Source of the DNA: Podarcis filfolensis
Taxonomy: Eukaryota
Assembly: GCA_964270895.1 (NCBI GenBank)
Contig: OZ185437.1
Reading direction: 5' to 3' (one strand)
Length of the DNA stretch: 64,000 bases
Shown: positions 22,271 through 36,272 of the stretch, one piece after another
Layout: each line of letters starts with the position of its first letter
Position numbering within the stretch: position 1 is the first letter of the stretch
The notes under the pieces: model-generated
What the model was told of the DNA's origin: nothing
The model's input: the letters and a program-made list of their open reading frames with translations, nothing else
Databases searched by the model: none
Translations under genes and position numbers: made by a program

Positions 22271-23645
22271 TAAGGGTAAAGGTAAAGGGACCCCTGACCA
22301 TTAGGTCCAGTCGTGGCCGACTCTGGGATTGCGGCGCTCATCTCGCTTTATTGGCCGAGGGAGCCGGTGTACAGCTTCTGGGTCATATGGCCAGCATGAC
22401 TAAGCCGCTTCTGGCGAACCAGAGCAGCGCACAGAAACGCCGTTTACCTTCCCACCGGAGCGGTACCTATTTATCTACTTGCACTTTGTTTTTGTTTTTT
22501 TTTTAATAAATTTTTTATTGGTTTTTCCACACATAATACAAAACAATACAACACAATACATAGACATACAAACATATAAACACGTATACTTTCTTAACCT
22601 TTCTTTTCTTGAACCTTCTTTCAGCGACTTCCCCATACCTCCCCTTTCTGCATCCCTGTTATCAATCTTTTCAGCATCCCCTAATTTCAATATACCACTT
22701 TCTTTAGATCTTATTTCTCATATCCAATTGTTAATCGCTGCAATTCTATTTTGCATTACCCAAAACATTTTAGCATTCATTAATTTTACAACAGTTCTTG
22801 AGATAGATTTTAAACTTCTTCCAGTCTTCTTCCACCGTCTCTTTCCCTTGGTCTCGGATTCTGCCGGTCATCTCCGCCAGTCCCATATAGTCTATTACCT
22901 TGGTCTGCCATTCTTCCAGTGTGGGTAGTTCTTGTGTCTTCCAATACTTTGCTAACAGTACTCTTGCTGCTGTTGTAGCGTACATAAAAAACGTCTTATC
23001 TTTCCTTGACACCAATTGGCCTACCATGCCCAGGAGAAAGGCTTCTGGTTTCTTCACGAACGTGCATTTAAGCACCTTTTTCATTTCATTATAAATCATT
23101 TCCCAGAATACCTTAATCCTTGGGCACGTCCACCAAAGATGGTAGAAAGTACCTTCAGTTTCCTTACATTTCCAGCATTTATTACTGGGCATATGATAAA
23201 TTTTTGCAAGCTTGACTGGGGTCATGTACCACCTATAAATCATTTTCATGATGTTCTCTCTCAAGGCATTACATGCCGTGAACTTTATGCCGGTGGTCCA
23301 TAACTGTTCCCAGTCAGCAAACATAATGTTGTGACCAATGTCTTGTGCCCATTTAATCATAGCTGATTTAACCGTCTCGTCTTGTGTATTCCATTTCAAC
23401 AGCAAGCTATACATTCTTGACAAGTTCTTAGTATTGGGTTCCAATAGCTCTGTTTCTAGTTTTGACTTCTCCACCTGGAAGCCAATTTTCCTGTCCTGTA
23501 TCTACTTGCACTTTGACGTGCTTTCGAACTGCTAGGTTGGCAGGAGCAGGGACCGAGCAACCCCATTGCAGGGATTTGAACCGCCGAACTTCTGATAGAC
23601 AAGTCATAGGCTCTGTGGTTTAACCCACAGCGCCACCAGCATCCC
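22271..23645 (-). mobile_element. Sauria/Squam1 SINE interrupted by an L1 insertion (parts 22271-22488 and 23499-23645)
   Basis: Tail gtaaaggtaaagggacccctg and body through gtacctatttatctacttgcactttg; resumes tatctacttgcactttgacgtgctttcgaactgctagg...cacagcgccaccagcatccc. Homologous to the copy at 47960. Confidence 0.92.
22489..23498 (-). mobile_element. 5'-truncated LINE-1 (ORF2 C-terminus, 3'UTR, poly(A))
   Basis: ORF 22770-23474 has an uninterrupted L1 C-terminus with a CCHC knuckle (CWKCKETEGTFYHLWWTC). Poly(T) at about 22489-22504 on +. 17-bp TSD TATCTACTTGCACTTTG at 22472-22488 and 23499-23515. Confidence 0.95.
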
Positions 23646-25769
23646 TAATTTATGTATGTACTGTAAACTAAAACAGAAGCAGTTGGTGAGGATGGCTCTA
23701 ACACACCTGGCCTCCCAGCAGCAGAATTGGTGCTTACTGGGAGGGGGGCGAAGCAATGGGGAGAATGATGCTGTGCAGGTGCATCAGTCCAGTCCTCTGC
23801 CAAGGCAGCCACACAGCACCAACTTCCCTGCTGCCTCTCTCTTCGCTCTCTCCCTGCAGGGAAGCAGCAGTGACTCTGCGGCTGGGAGGCCAGGGGCTTG
23901 GTGCCACTTTCTGGAATAAAGCACCCAAGACGTGGGGGACCCTTTGCAGCCCAAGGGTCACATCCCCTTCTGGGTAACCTTCCAGGGGTCACATCCCAGG
24001 GTTGGGTGGAGCCAGAGGCAAAAATGGGCACAGCAACAAATGGAGATGGAACCTTTGTACAGTAGGCTGGTTTCTATATGCCACTCGATCCTCCATGCAG
24101 GCAAGCAAGAGGCGCCATCCGAGTTCTAGGGCACATTCCAGCCACGGTGCAATCGCTTGAGGGTGCAATTCAAGGAATGCTAAGGGGCCTGGCCTAGGGA
24201 GAAGGGGTGCTGCTGGAGACGGGGTGTGGTGAGGCGAGAGTCCTGTGGGCCAGAGAAACATCTAGCATTCCCCATCCATGCCCTAAAACACCATTCGCCC
24301 AGGACAGCTGGTGCACAAAGTACAGGTAGCGCCTCTTTAGTATATTTCTCATGTGAAATTATAACCGCTGCTGTGCTTGTTGTTTCCTGCTCAGAAGCTG
24401 GTGGCAATTCTTAAAATGTACCTCCGTTACAATTTTGTTAGCAACATTTTAGCATTTTGAGGTGCTGTCTGTAAACCACACTGAGAACATGTATTAAAAG
24501 GTAGGGTGGATATATTTTAACTAGTAAGTAGACAAAAACCCGTGAAATGAGCCTATATTAAATGAGCAAATATTAATGTTTCAATAACCAAAATTCAACG
24601 AAAGAAACCACAAAGAGCAAACGGATACTATATTTTGGATATTAAGCTACCCTAGTGTACTATATATTGGGGACCAGGTCTTAAATCTTTTGAGGCTTGT
24701 TTTGCTTATAATGGATAGCTTCCTTTACTCTTTTTTGTTTGCTTGTTTTATAGTCCCATATAAATGTGGCTTCTTACTTTTTTAAAAAAGTTAATTGTCA
24801 AGTGCCCTATGTCTAACACAAGAGGGCATCGTAATCTTGGAACTGTGTTTTCTATGCTGCCTTCTGGTGTACTAAAGGAATGAATTTACCACCAGCAGCA
24901 ATTTTCACTTTCTACTGTGCCAACACTTCAAAGTGTATATGGCAAATAATAAGACCTTTTTTTAATTTCTGAGTGAATTGTGAATGAATGTGGGGTGCTA
25001 AATAATGCCATTAAGAAACCATCTTTGCACAACATTTTCAGTTGTGTTATTCATCAGCTAAGACAATGAAGTCAGTCTAGCCCAGAACAGCTGGTTGTTT
25101 TGCAATGTGTAAAGTTAGTGAAAGTGCTACAAATTATGTTGCTTTATGTCACAGGCAGCTTGCTTAGAGTGGAGGTGTTTGGAGGTATCTGTCATGTTTC
25201 TGAGTAGGGGTGAAGAGATCTGTCAATTTTGATTCTTAAAGTCAGCTCTCCATATTTCTGCAGCCATCTGCAATAATAATTTCAAAAATCCTCATGACAA
25301 TTCAGCATATTTATGCAAATTTCTATGCATAAACACGTGTAGCTTTGACTACCATACACATTTTGGCAAGCAATTTCCATAGATAGATAGATAATGTTAT
25401 TTTTGTTTATTTAGAAAGATGTAGATACAGGTTTTTATGCACTCTTTTCCTTTTTATATGCATTTTTTACCCATTGGTTAGAGAACTGCATCACAAAATT
25501 GGATACATGTGAATTTTGAAGAATGGTTGTGTTTTGGGTCTCATAGTGTTTCAGAAAGTGCATATTTGAGTGCCTTTTGATGCCAAATGAACCAAATTTC
25601 TCATACATCCCTGCTCATTAGTGACCTTGTCTGTGCTTATTGCTTTTTTTTGGTGGTGGGGGCGGTGGGTAATTGCAAGCCAATCCAGCCCAGATTTTCA
25701 ACAGCACTTTGGTGAAATAAAAGGATCAGGGATCAGTACTATGAGCTATTTGCCTACCTGCGACACCTC

Positions 25770-25919
25770 AGAGGACGAGATGGTTGGACAGTGTTCTCGA
25801 AGCTACCAGCATGAGTTTGACCAAACTGTGGGAGGCAGTGGAAGACAGGAGTGCCTGGCGTGCTCTGGTCCATGGGGTCACGAAGAGTCGGACACGACTA
25901 AACGACTAAGCAACAACAA
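25770..25919 (+). mobile_element. BovB/RTE 3' fragment
   Basis: Translates RWLDSVLEATSMSLTKLWEAVEDRSAWRALVHGVTKSRTRLND*; (CAA)n tail; TSD CGACACCTC at 25761-25769 and 25920-25928. Confidence 0.92.
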
Positions 25920-28900
25920 CGACACCTCTCCAAACTGGTAGTTTTTTTAACTGGGAATTTCCTAGTATTTAGTCATGCATGAACAATGCATGGCCCATGG
26001 TTAAGTCATCTTTGTTGCCCACTCAACATCAAATTTTGCAATTATGATCGGGAGGAAGGTCACACAGCCTTCCCCCCAATGTAATTTGTGCTCCCCTATC
26101 CCACAAAACAGCTGATTACAATGGGCAACAAGGTATGTCATGAGAGTTATCCCTGTGTACCTCCCCCTGTGTAAATTGGGTTTCTCTCAACCCCATCGCC
26201 ACTTTCTGTGAGAGTCAAACTAAGCGTGACATGATTTATGCAACTAGAAACTTGGTGAATGTTTTTTAAAGTGAAAAATGTAATGTGAAAATTACTGATG
26301 TGGGGCCACCGATTCAGAAATGTGGGAGAGAGAGGGGCTCAACCCCTCGAGACCTGCTGTGGTGGCCCTGACCTGGTTTGGGCCCTCCACATGTGCTTAA
26401 AAACCCCCAAACCGAATTAAAGTTCCCACTGGCATGAATTGTGTGAACAATGCCATGTTTAGTCTGGCCCCGGTGGAATAGAGAGGGTTAATGATTTCAT
26501 GGTGTTTATTACCTGACATGGCTTGGTTCCCAAGTATCTGACAGCCTCTTTCCCTCAAGTCCTTACTGGGTATTAAGGTTGGCAGAGGAAGCCCTGTTGG
26601 TGGTTCCACCTCCTGTTGGTAGTTCCACTACTCTCAGACTTTTGAGGAGTGATAACCCAGGACAGGGTATTCTCTGTGGTGTCCCCAAAATTATGGAATT
26701 GCCCCCCTACAGGTGTGCACTTACTGCCATCATTATTCAGCTCTCATCATAGGCCGAAGATGGACCTCTTTACCCTGGCCTTTGACAGCTGAGAAGTATT
26801 TTTCATGACCTACCTAAAAACAGCAATTAGCATGAGTGTTTTGTATTGTTGGTTTTATATTGTTTTGATTGTTTTTGATTGTACTGTTTTTGTTGCTGTA
26901 ATCTATCCTGGGACTTTATGGCGAAGGTAGGAAATCTAAATAAATAACTATCGCTTCAAATCTTTGTACTAAAAAGTTGAAGCTGGCTTTGTCTTGTGAA
27001 GGTGAAGTTGATGGGTTTCAGTTTCATTCTGAGATTCTGTCTAGAATCTAGATGAATTAACTTCCATAACAAATTATTGGGCAGGAGGGTGGTGATTTTT
27101 GCTTGCTGTGTGGTACCTTATAAAGGGAAATGGCCTTCTTTTCACCACCTGAGTTGTTTTTTCCTTTCTTATCCATGGAACAAGAACTGGGTGAGGTTTG
27201 CCTTGAGGCTGCATGCATTCCACTTTTGGGTGCACTGCATCAGCTGTTGTCTCAGCATGGAGAGCAAACATTTAGAAAAATCATCTGACATAATCCTCCT
27301 TGGATTATAACTGTTTTTGACTCCAGTTGAAAAACTTGTTCATTTTTTTATTACAATGTAAAAACACCTTGCATTCAGCAAACCAGCAGATCAAGCAGAA
27401 GGTCAGGCTGGAACTTTCTCTATCATGTGCCAGTTTTCTATATACATGGAAGTTTTTCTGTGGGGAATCATGACCTTTCCTGAACCAGATCCAGTACAGG
27501 GTATGGATATTTGGAAATACAGTGATCAGTTCTGAAATATACCCTGTGCTAGCTGAATGAATGAATGAATGAATGAATGACTTTGGATGTTGCACTTTTG
27601 GACACAGAGAAAGAGTCTGACGATTAAGTCCTTCCCAGTGCTTGTAACTGAATTAGTTCTAAATGAGTGTACTATACAAACCAATAGCATTGCAGTGATC
27701 TGTCATCTTTTGATGGAGATGTCATTTCATCTATTTTCTTTAGCCCTGCCTATAAAAACATGGGTTGCTTAATGGAAAAGTGAATAAACTATTGGCAAAT
27801 GGCAGAAGACAGAAGGGTACAGAACAAGCGCATTTGGGGGGAGGATACTCTAGAAGTGGGGCAACGGCATCAAGGGAACTAATGTAATCTAATTTGCTCC
27901 AGCTGCCAGATGAATAGCAGAGACAATGCCAGATGTACTGGAACATGAGCAGAAGAGATTATATGTTGTCCAGTGCCAGGAGGAATATTCTTGAGCAAAA
28001 GATTAAACAATTCAGTTGTGAACAAAAACTGCCTTCTTGGAGGTGTTGTGGACTGCTACGATGGTCGGGTTCTAATTAAGGTTGTTGCACAAAACTTAAG
28101 TGCTTCCAAATTTGTGTTTGAAGGGTAGACTTGCAAAGTAGCCATCTTGTCTGTGAATGTTTCTTTTGAGATGACAGCAAAAGAGCTTCTGTTGGAGCAA
28201 CTCAAGCGATCCAGGATTTTCTCAGGCGTAGATAAGGACTTTGATGTCTCCTTGGCTTCTCTCTCATCACCAAAATCAACTAAGGACATCCTGATGCTGA
28301 ACTGGTATCATGGAGCATCCTTGTGATAGGATTTCATGCCCAGTTTACTAGTGATTCACTAAGTTTTACAGATATACAGAGTTTTGGGTAATCAGAGGAA
28401 GCAAGAGAGACCACACAGAGTCAAGACAATATTCCTCCATCTGTGGAATAATGAAACAGTTGGCTCTATGTTTACCTCAGAGTGTTCTCACAACCCTCAC
28501 TTCTCTTCTTAATGTTTAGGTGGACAAGAGTAGCTGCATGTCCCACCAATAGTCTGTTCCCTACATCTAGAGCATGTGTTCTGAGCAATAGCAGAATGCC
28601 ACCCTCACCCCCCAGATGATGGTACAACACAGCGGATTCATGCCAGCTTCTTCAGTACATCCTGGGGTCTTGCATTTGTCATCCTTCCATATGGGAACCT
28701 CGGTGCCCATTTTCCCAGAGGAATGGTTGGAAGATGGACTATATTAACCGATGACAAATTGCATGTGCATAATCTTGTGAAATGTTTTGACTACTAAAGC
28801 TGTTCCATAGCAGTTCATTACAAGACAAATAAAATATTTGAAGTTTACATTTTTATGTAAAGATCAGGAATGCTTTGGCTGATAGAAGAAAAACTATCAA

Positions 28901-31369
28901 GCATCTGTTTCTGATTTTTTAAACATTTTGCAGCAGTGGTTAGCCAGTTGTATATTAATAGCTGATCTTAACTGGATCAAAACAGTGTAGTTTCGTACCA
29001 AAGGTTAGCAAGTCACTTTCTACAACAATGCTTCCTATGGCTGCAACCAACAGCCATTCTTTGCACCAACATCTGGTTTCAAAATATTAAAACTGATAAA
29101 CACTGCCAGATGCAGTCCACCTGGCCTTCCAGGATTGACCATCTGCATAATTTTTTGCTTTCCTTTTAAAACAATAACAGGCTTACTTAGTACTTAGTAT
29201 ACTTTTGAAAAATTGCCTGCCTTCCAAGTCCAGGGCAAGATGGAAGCTGAATGTCAGTAGATATCTGGTTGTTGTGTCTAAAAGAGATTCCTAAATGATG
29301 GAGACTCTGAAATTCTTGACTTGGTTATCATTGACTCATGGCTGAAGCAGGGGAGAGGTTATGCTGATGTGAATGAAAAGGACAGTGAAGTTTATAATAG
29401 GCTGTAGCTGTGGCAAATGGCAGTGGTACTCCTTTAAAGGCGAACTACTTATATCTACACAGCAAACCTATATGATTTCTATACCACCATCACTGCTGTG
29501 GGTTCCCATGTTTGGAACTATAGTCCTTCACTATCATTCTAATCTAGAAGCAATATATTTCTTTAATGTATTCATCATAGGTTCATTGTAGATTTGCGAA
29601 GGTTGTGATGAATATTGGTACTTATGGCTGTCAGAAAAGGATGCATTACTGAAAGTTTGGGGAGATTGGCAAATAAGAATATAGCAGGTTTCTGATCAAA
29701 GGAAACTACTTGGAAAACTAGCTTCAGTGTTTGCATCTATATCACTAAAGCTACCTTGAAAATAGCTGCATTGCTAGAGCATGGAACTTTGTATCAACCA
29801 CATATTGTGGAAAGTTTGTTTATCTGTTTGCTAAGTATTTGGACATCCCGTAAGATACTTAACCCAAATTTGCATGATGGTTCCTGAGATCAAGGAGCAG
29901 GTTTCCATGTATGTTTGGATACAATTGGATGTCATTTTGAATCAAGGTGGTGGGCTGAACCTTTCAAACTTGAACAGATTTTTACCACCAATTTCAAAGC
30001 CGCATTGATGGGCGGGGGGGGAGGTTCTTAGAATTCCTGAGGCTGCTGGTATTCTTGGATGCTGCTTTTCCAACAGTGTTAAGCTCAAAGTAGATCACAA
30101 TAACAACCAAGAATTAAAATTTCCTAGTTCACAAGAGCAAAATCCAGCTCGTGGACCACCTACACCAACCTCAGCTTGGAAGAGCCTTGGTCTACACAGA
30201 GTGCACAAATTGCTAACACTGGGTACTGGTTTTTGTTTTGCAGCACAAGTCTTGGGGTGAGGTTTTGGTTCAACCTTCCATTTCAAGGCTGGTGACTCAC
30301 ATACACATGTAGGCAAATGAGCACATGTATCATTTTGTCTTCTTTACTATCCATTAAGAGTTCAACGAAATGCTTGAATGGAAAGTTTAATAACAAAAGA
30401 CATTTATGATGTTTACTTAAATTTTCTGGACCATTACATGCAAATGACATGAGTTATGGGACACCAAGAGTAGCCAAAAATTCTTTCTGACCACTCTGCT
30501 ACAGGATGAGCTGCCAGCACCCCCCCCTTTTTTGCAGTGAGGGGGGAGAGAAACCTTTGTGGCCAAAACGTAGTTTCTCAGTGGACTCTGGACTTAAAAA
30601 TCACCATTTTGGCAAGGACATACCTATTGCAGTTTACATTACCATGGCTATTTATTTATTTCCCCTCAGCAACAATGACAGTGGTTGAGATAAACTGTTT
30701 AATTCCAAATAGAAAACACATCTGCTTTCTTTGCATTGTTTGTGGTTGCTGGAGGGGTGACAGTTTCAACCAAGTAGCGTGCAGGACATTTTAAGTGAGA
30801 CGTTATACGACAGTTTGCAGCTGCCGCGCTCTTCATTGTTAACCTTCGCAGCAGCTCCTGGTGGCTCTGTAGCATTTGAAGGCAGTGTTGGGGCCCACGG
30901 GCCCTTCGGAAGGATGTTTATTGAAGTAATGTAAGGTTGGAGCTTTGCAACTTCTATGCAGCTGTTCAAGTCTACATGAACAGCTCTGAATGACTGCATG
31001 GGCTGTCCCAGCCACTTCCACAGCAAGGAATGCTCTGCGCAGTCAACAGGGCAATGTCGGGGTCAAAGGCCAGGGGAAAGAGGTGCACCTTTAGGCTAGA
31101 GTTGAAGCTATACAACGATGCTAGGTGCAGTTCTGTGGAGAGGGAATGTCACAGTTTAGGAGCTGCCACAGATGAAGTTCCAGTGCTGGCTGACCCATGA
31201 GGCAAGGTGAGACGAGCAGCTCAGGCAGTAGGACCCACAGAGGCAGCAGATCTGGACTCCAAGGAATGCATCGCTTGCTGCTGCCATGGTGGCAGCAATG
31301 GCTGCAGTCCATTTCTTGGCAGTCCCTTCATGCTGCCTCTACAACAGCTTCTCAGTGAATACAAGGCGC

Positions 31370-31812
31370 TGCTAGTCTCCCACCACTAGGAAGGAAATAG
31401 TGAGGGCTGTCCACAATACCTCAAGACCGCCTCTTTCCATATGAACCTCCCCGGACCCTGAGATCATCTTCTGAGGCCCTTCTTTGTGTGCCTCCTCCAT
31501 GAGAGGTCTGGAGGGTGGCAACACAAGAATGGGTCTTTTCTGCTGTGGCTCCCCATCTGTGGAATGCTCTCCCCAGTGAAGTTCGCCTGGCACCTTCATT
31601 ATACACCTTTAGGCGCCAGGCAAAAACGTTCCTTTTTAACCAGGCCCTTGGTTGATCCAATTTACATCCTATGCCCTTTTAAAATGTACTTTTTTGTGGG
31701 GAGGGGCTACTGGGTTGGTTTTTATTATGTATTTTTTGGTTTTATATCTTGGTTTTATTCTGTGAACCACCCTGAGACCCCCAGGTATAGGGCAGTATAT
31801 AAATTCAATAAA
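31370..31812 (+). mobile_element. L2 LINE 3' fragment
   Basis: ccccggaccctgagatcatc...ctccccagtgaagttcgcctggcacc, ending gtgaaccaccctgagacc...tatagggcagtatataaattcaataaa. Confidence 0.8.
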
Positions 31813-33674
31813 AGGGGGGGTCTCCTGGGCTATGCAACCACTCAGTGTGATTCAGAGAAGTCCTCTCCATCCCCACCCAACACCAGCCTGTTACTCCCAC
31901 TTCAAATGTTTATTTGGATTCCTTCTCTTGTTCCCAATGTAGATCTTCACTCCCTCCTTGTTCCCTGGTGGGGGAATACCATTTTATAGTTTGCCTCAGG
32001 TGCCAAAATGTATTGGGTCGGCCCTGTGAAGCCCTCGCCTGGGCTGCATTCCCTGCTCTTCTCTGCTATACACATATCAATCGGTACAGATACAGCACTA
32101 AAAATGACATTGGTTTGAGGTCTTTTTTAAAAGATATTTTCATTTTAAGATAGATGATAGAGTCATTTTGTATTATTTTGATGCTCTTGATTAGGTTATT
32201 CTGAATTATTTTCTGTCACAAAATATATATATTTTTAAATTCCAGTAATAAGGAAGTTTAAAAGAAAACACCCAATTTTAATCCAGTATGTGTGTCATCA
32301 CTGAAGAGAATATAAACTAGACCTACCAGTGATTAGCAAGCCAGTTGAAAATAGTTTTGGGTGGGGATAACTTTTGTATACACTTTCTAGTCACTGAAAA
32401 TGACTTTATGCTGCCAATAAATCCACATCACAATTGAGATGAAGTACATTCAGAAGAAATGTACACTATGCAAAAAGGAGTGGGTTTCTTAGACCTCCAT
32501 TCAACAGATTGGCTGAGAAATCTATTCCAATTACATCACCTCATTCCCAACTAGAGCTGGGGATGGCAAACACGTATCATCACTTGATCACGTAGCACTT
32601 GATGACTCAGTGCCCGATGACTCTCAACCAAATGTCTTAATTGGTCCCCAGTGAAAAGGGAGAAAGAAATGTCAATATGCATACAGTGGTTAATGTGAAA
32701 ATTCTGTCTCTGGTGCTTCATTCATGAATGCAAGTCATCACTTTCATTTTTTATGTATTATATTTTCAAGGCAGTACATGTTTGGTTCCTAAGTGGCCAC
32801 CCACTGGCATGGACCAGGCCCAGGTGCACTTAGCTTCAGCAAAGTGATGGTGGTTTCATGTGCCTCCAGACCTAACAAGTGTTGAATTTATCCATGCATT
32901 AACTAGTCCTTGGGTTTTCTTCCTTGAGCTCCAGAAATGCATACCTGCCTTCTTGGGTACCAAAGACATCAAATTGCATGAAAACCATTTTCTCCCTCCA
33001 CAGTTGGTATACCGTTTGAAGCTATTGTTAATCTTGGTTTTTCAGTGCTCCATAGATTTATGAACTGGTTGTTCTATAGGAAAGTCTGTTTCTGGGAGAA
33101 CATATTGGTGCAGTTTGCCCTCTCTATGTTATCACATCTCTGCCAGATCATTCTTTATCTGAGGGAACCTGGAGTTCATAATAAATACCATCTATTTCCC
33201 TTGAGATGCACCCAATTGTAGCAAATATTTTAGCAAGCATTCCCAGGGAGGACACTCTGAGCTAACCCCAGGGTCTCCCTCCATCCCACACAACCCTCTT
33301 CACATTGAAGAGTCTGAACTTTGTGCTACACTATTGAAGTGCTCAGTATATTTTCAGAAACAAAGTATAAACATTTCCATCCAAGTGGAGCTGTAAATGC
33401 AATTTTTAGCCTACTTGCCTTCTTATAGTCATGGGAGAACATTTTTATTTCACAGGAAGAAGAGAGGGGTGGGACTCTTCTTGATATTTTGAATCAAGCA
33501 TTTTTAGTGTTGCCAGCAGACTAGGTTGCATGTGTGCCTGGTTGTATGGTGGTGTGGAGCCCACCACAGTATCTCAGGCTTGCAAATATGCCACCAGGTC
33601 ATGAAACTTAGTGGCCTATGCCATTTGCGATGGAGCCTGATGCATCTCCCTTGACAAGGCATCCCGCCACAGAG

Positions 33675-34120
33675 AATGTCCTACTCACAGTTGCCATCAG
33701 CAGTGCCTTTGAACTGGGCTTCAGATGATGATAAGACCATACAGAGAGCAGCATATGGAAGAGTCCTCAAAGTAGCCAAGCCCCGGGCTTCAAAGGTTAA
33801 CACCAGCACTTTGAATTGAGCCTGGAAACAAAAGTGACAGTAGAGGCCATGCAGAATGAGTTCAGTGAAGTAAAAGCACCTGTCATCCATCAATAAATTG
33901 GCAGCCTCTTTTTGTACTCCTTGCTGTTTCTGGGCACTTTTCAAGGACAGGTCCAGATATGGTGCATGACGGTAGTCCAATCTGTAAATGGCCACTAGGG
34001 TCAAAGTCAATCTTGTATGGAAGGGTTGTGATTGGTGATCCAGCTGAAGCTGGAAAAAGGCATCTCCAAGGTATGATATCCCTTTTTGATACTGAGATAT
34101 CAAAGCATTATGACACTGGC
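33675..34120 (-). mobile_element. Degenerate L2 RT-downstream fragment
   Basis: ORF 33681-34103 contains LVAIYRLDYRHAPYLDLSLKSAQKQQGVQKEAANLL and FQAQFKVLVLTF, typical of L2 ORF2. Confidence 0.8.
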
Positions 34121-34489
34121 CATGTTATTTTACATACCTTTCCCAATAACCAATATCTCTGAATTCAACTTTTCCATCACCTTCACACGCTGACTAGATG
34201 GTTGAAATATACTCAGAGTCGCAAAGTGATTTCATGCTCTTTATTCAGCTCATAGTGGTGAGGAGGAATGAATGAAAGTCCCCTCAAAGTATCTGCTTTA
34301 TATACATTATTTACACAATGGGCTGCACATGATTGGCTAATTCCGGAATTCTACTGTAAGCCAATCAGGTTGTGGATTCACTTCTATCTGGAGCATGATT
34401 GGGTGGTTCCTGCCAACCAATCATACTGCTGCATTGTTCTAGGACCAATCAGACTGCTGCAGTTTGGATCCTATTCAACTCAGTACATA

Positions 34490-34870
34490 ACAATGGTATA
34501 ATTTGATCTCTCTTCCACAATGCCAAGATCTCCTTCCTGGTCCATCTCTCCCCTTTCAGGCCCTACTATTGCATATGTTTTGTGGGAAGGAACCTCCAAA
34601 AAGCATCCCTTTAGACTTGCTTGCACTGGACCACATTTACATTTAGTTTCCCATTCTATTCATCCTTTTTGGAGAGGCCCCTTTGGAGCTCTTCCCAGTC
34701 TGCTTGTATGTTTACCATCCTCAGTAACTTGGTGTCATCTATGAACTTGGCTGCTTCACTGTTCACCCTTGACTCCGGATCATTTATAAATGTTAAATAG
34801 CATCAGTCCTCCCAGTACAGATCGAGGAAGCCCATTACTTACTTTCTGCCTCTTGCTCATTTCTTCCTAG
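34490..34870 (-). mobile_element. Degenerate CR1 RT fragment
   Basis: The reverse complement of taacttggtgtcatctat encodes IDDTKL, matching the CR1 FADDTKL catalytic motif. Confidence 0.7.
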
Positions 34871-36272
34871 CTCCTTCCTCCTGTTCTTTAACCATTTATG
34901 AATCCTACCCAAGACCCTCTTTCCTGTGACTTGATACATTTATGCAGAAACCTACAGTGAGGTTCTTCACAAATAGCTTTCTGAATGTCCAAGTATATCA
35001 CATCTATCTTCTTTTTAAGGAGCACAGTCCATGTAGTTCAGGATTGTTTGCACCAAGGCTGGTAAAATCTGTGGCCCTCCAAAGACTGAGACTGATGGAA
35101 TCCAACACTAGCCATCCTCATCCCTGCTCCGTGTTGGCTGTTAGTGGCTCTCTGGGGTTTCTTTCCCAATCCTAGCACAAGTAGCTGTGCATGTGCTTTA
35201 ACATTGAACTTCATTACATTCTAAAAATATTCTAACATTTTCATGAAAACATTAGCTAGATTTGGAAAGGCAAGACTTTACTTAATCATTGCAGCTTAAT
35301 GTTTTCCACACCTGGTATTAGACATTAAAGTGAAAGATCTATTAAGTCCTAGCTCTGCTGAAGCAGGCAGACATTCCACAGAATCAATGCTCAATCTTAG
35401 CAGCTATAAGAAAGTCAGGAAGATGTTGCCTTCTTCGTTTTTGTGTTGAATCAGGTTTTTAATTCTGATATCCATATTCGTTGAGAGGCTTTACGAATTC
35501 CACCCACATGTGGCTTTGTTGCAGGAGGTTAGAACATTTCCTTCTCCGGGGAAAACATCAAACATTGCACAGGCTCCTCATAAAGTTTCTATAAGGCATC
35601 CATGTGTAGCTTGGTAGAGTTTCTTCCCCCTCCTTATTTTTATTGATCTGGTTCCAAAAGATTAGACCCCGATTACAAAAAATAAATAAGTAAATGTTGA
35701 ATTATTGGATGCCTACAGAATGAGCTGTTAAGCACATCACACAATTCCGCTGCAAACATTGTTGTGCAATAAAATGAAAATGCCATAAACAGGACATAGG
35801 TCCTTGCTATCTTTTTGGAAGAAGCTGCAGCCTACATATTTCAAGTGATTGTTGGTATGTGTGCTACTTTATCTTCATTATAAAAACAACATGGATATGA
35901 GCTCTGGAAGAAATTTATAGTTGCTCCATGACACAATTAAATTATAAATGTCCCATTAGAGATTGCCAGTTTACCTCTGATAAAGGCTCTTTAGTCTTTC
36001 ATTTCAATTTTTGTTTCCAGGCCCTAAAAAAAAATCCTGTACTCCTTTAAAATGTATGTTATTTTAGAGGCAAACCATAAATATAAATGGAGGGCTTTTT
36101 AAAGTAGTAGATAAAATAACTGTAATTAAAAATTGAGGAGCCAATAATACCTACCAAAATTTAGTTTACAAGGAATAACTTTTCTTAATTCTCATTGCTG
36201 ATAGCTTGATAATTGCTGCCACACACCCCCTTTCAGTCACCTTCTGTGTTTCAGTCATTGGGATTGTTAGTA

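Noticed and set aside
22479-22928. 149-aa hydrophobic + strand ORF
   Set aside because: It is the antisense of the L1 3'UTR, poly(A) and ORF2 end.
23645-24414. GC-rich region with many overlapping ORFs as a gene or CpG-island promoter
   Set aside because: CpG is depleted, there are no recognisable domains, and it contains motifs resembling common lizard MITE fragments; high GC explains the ORFs.
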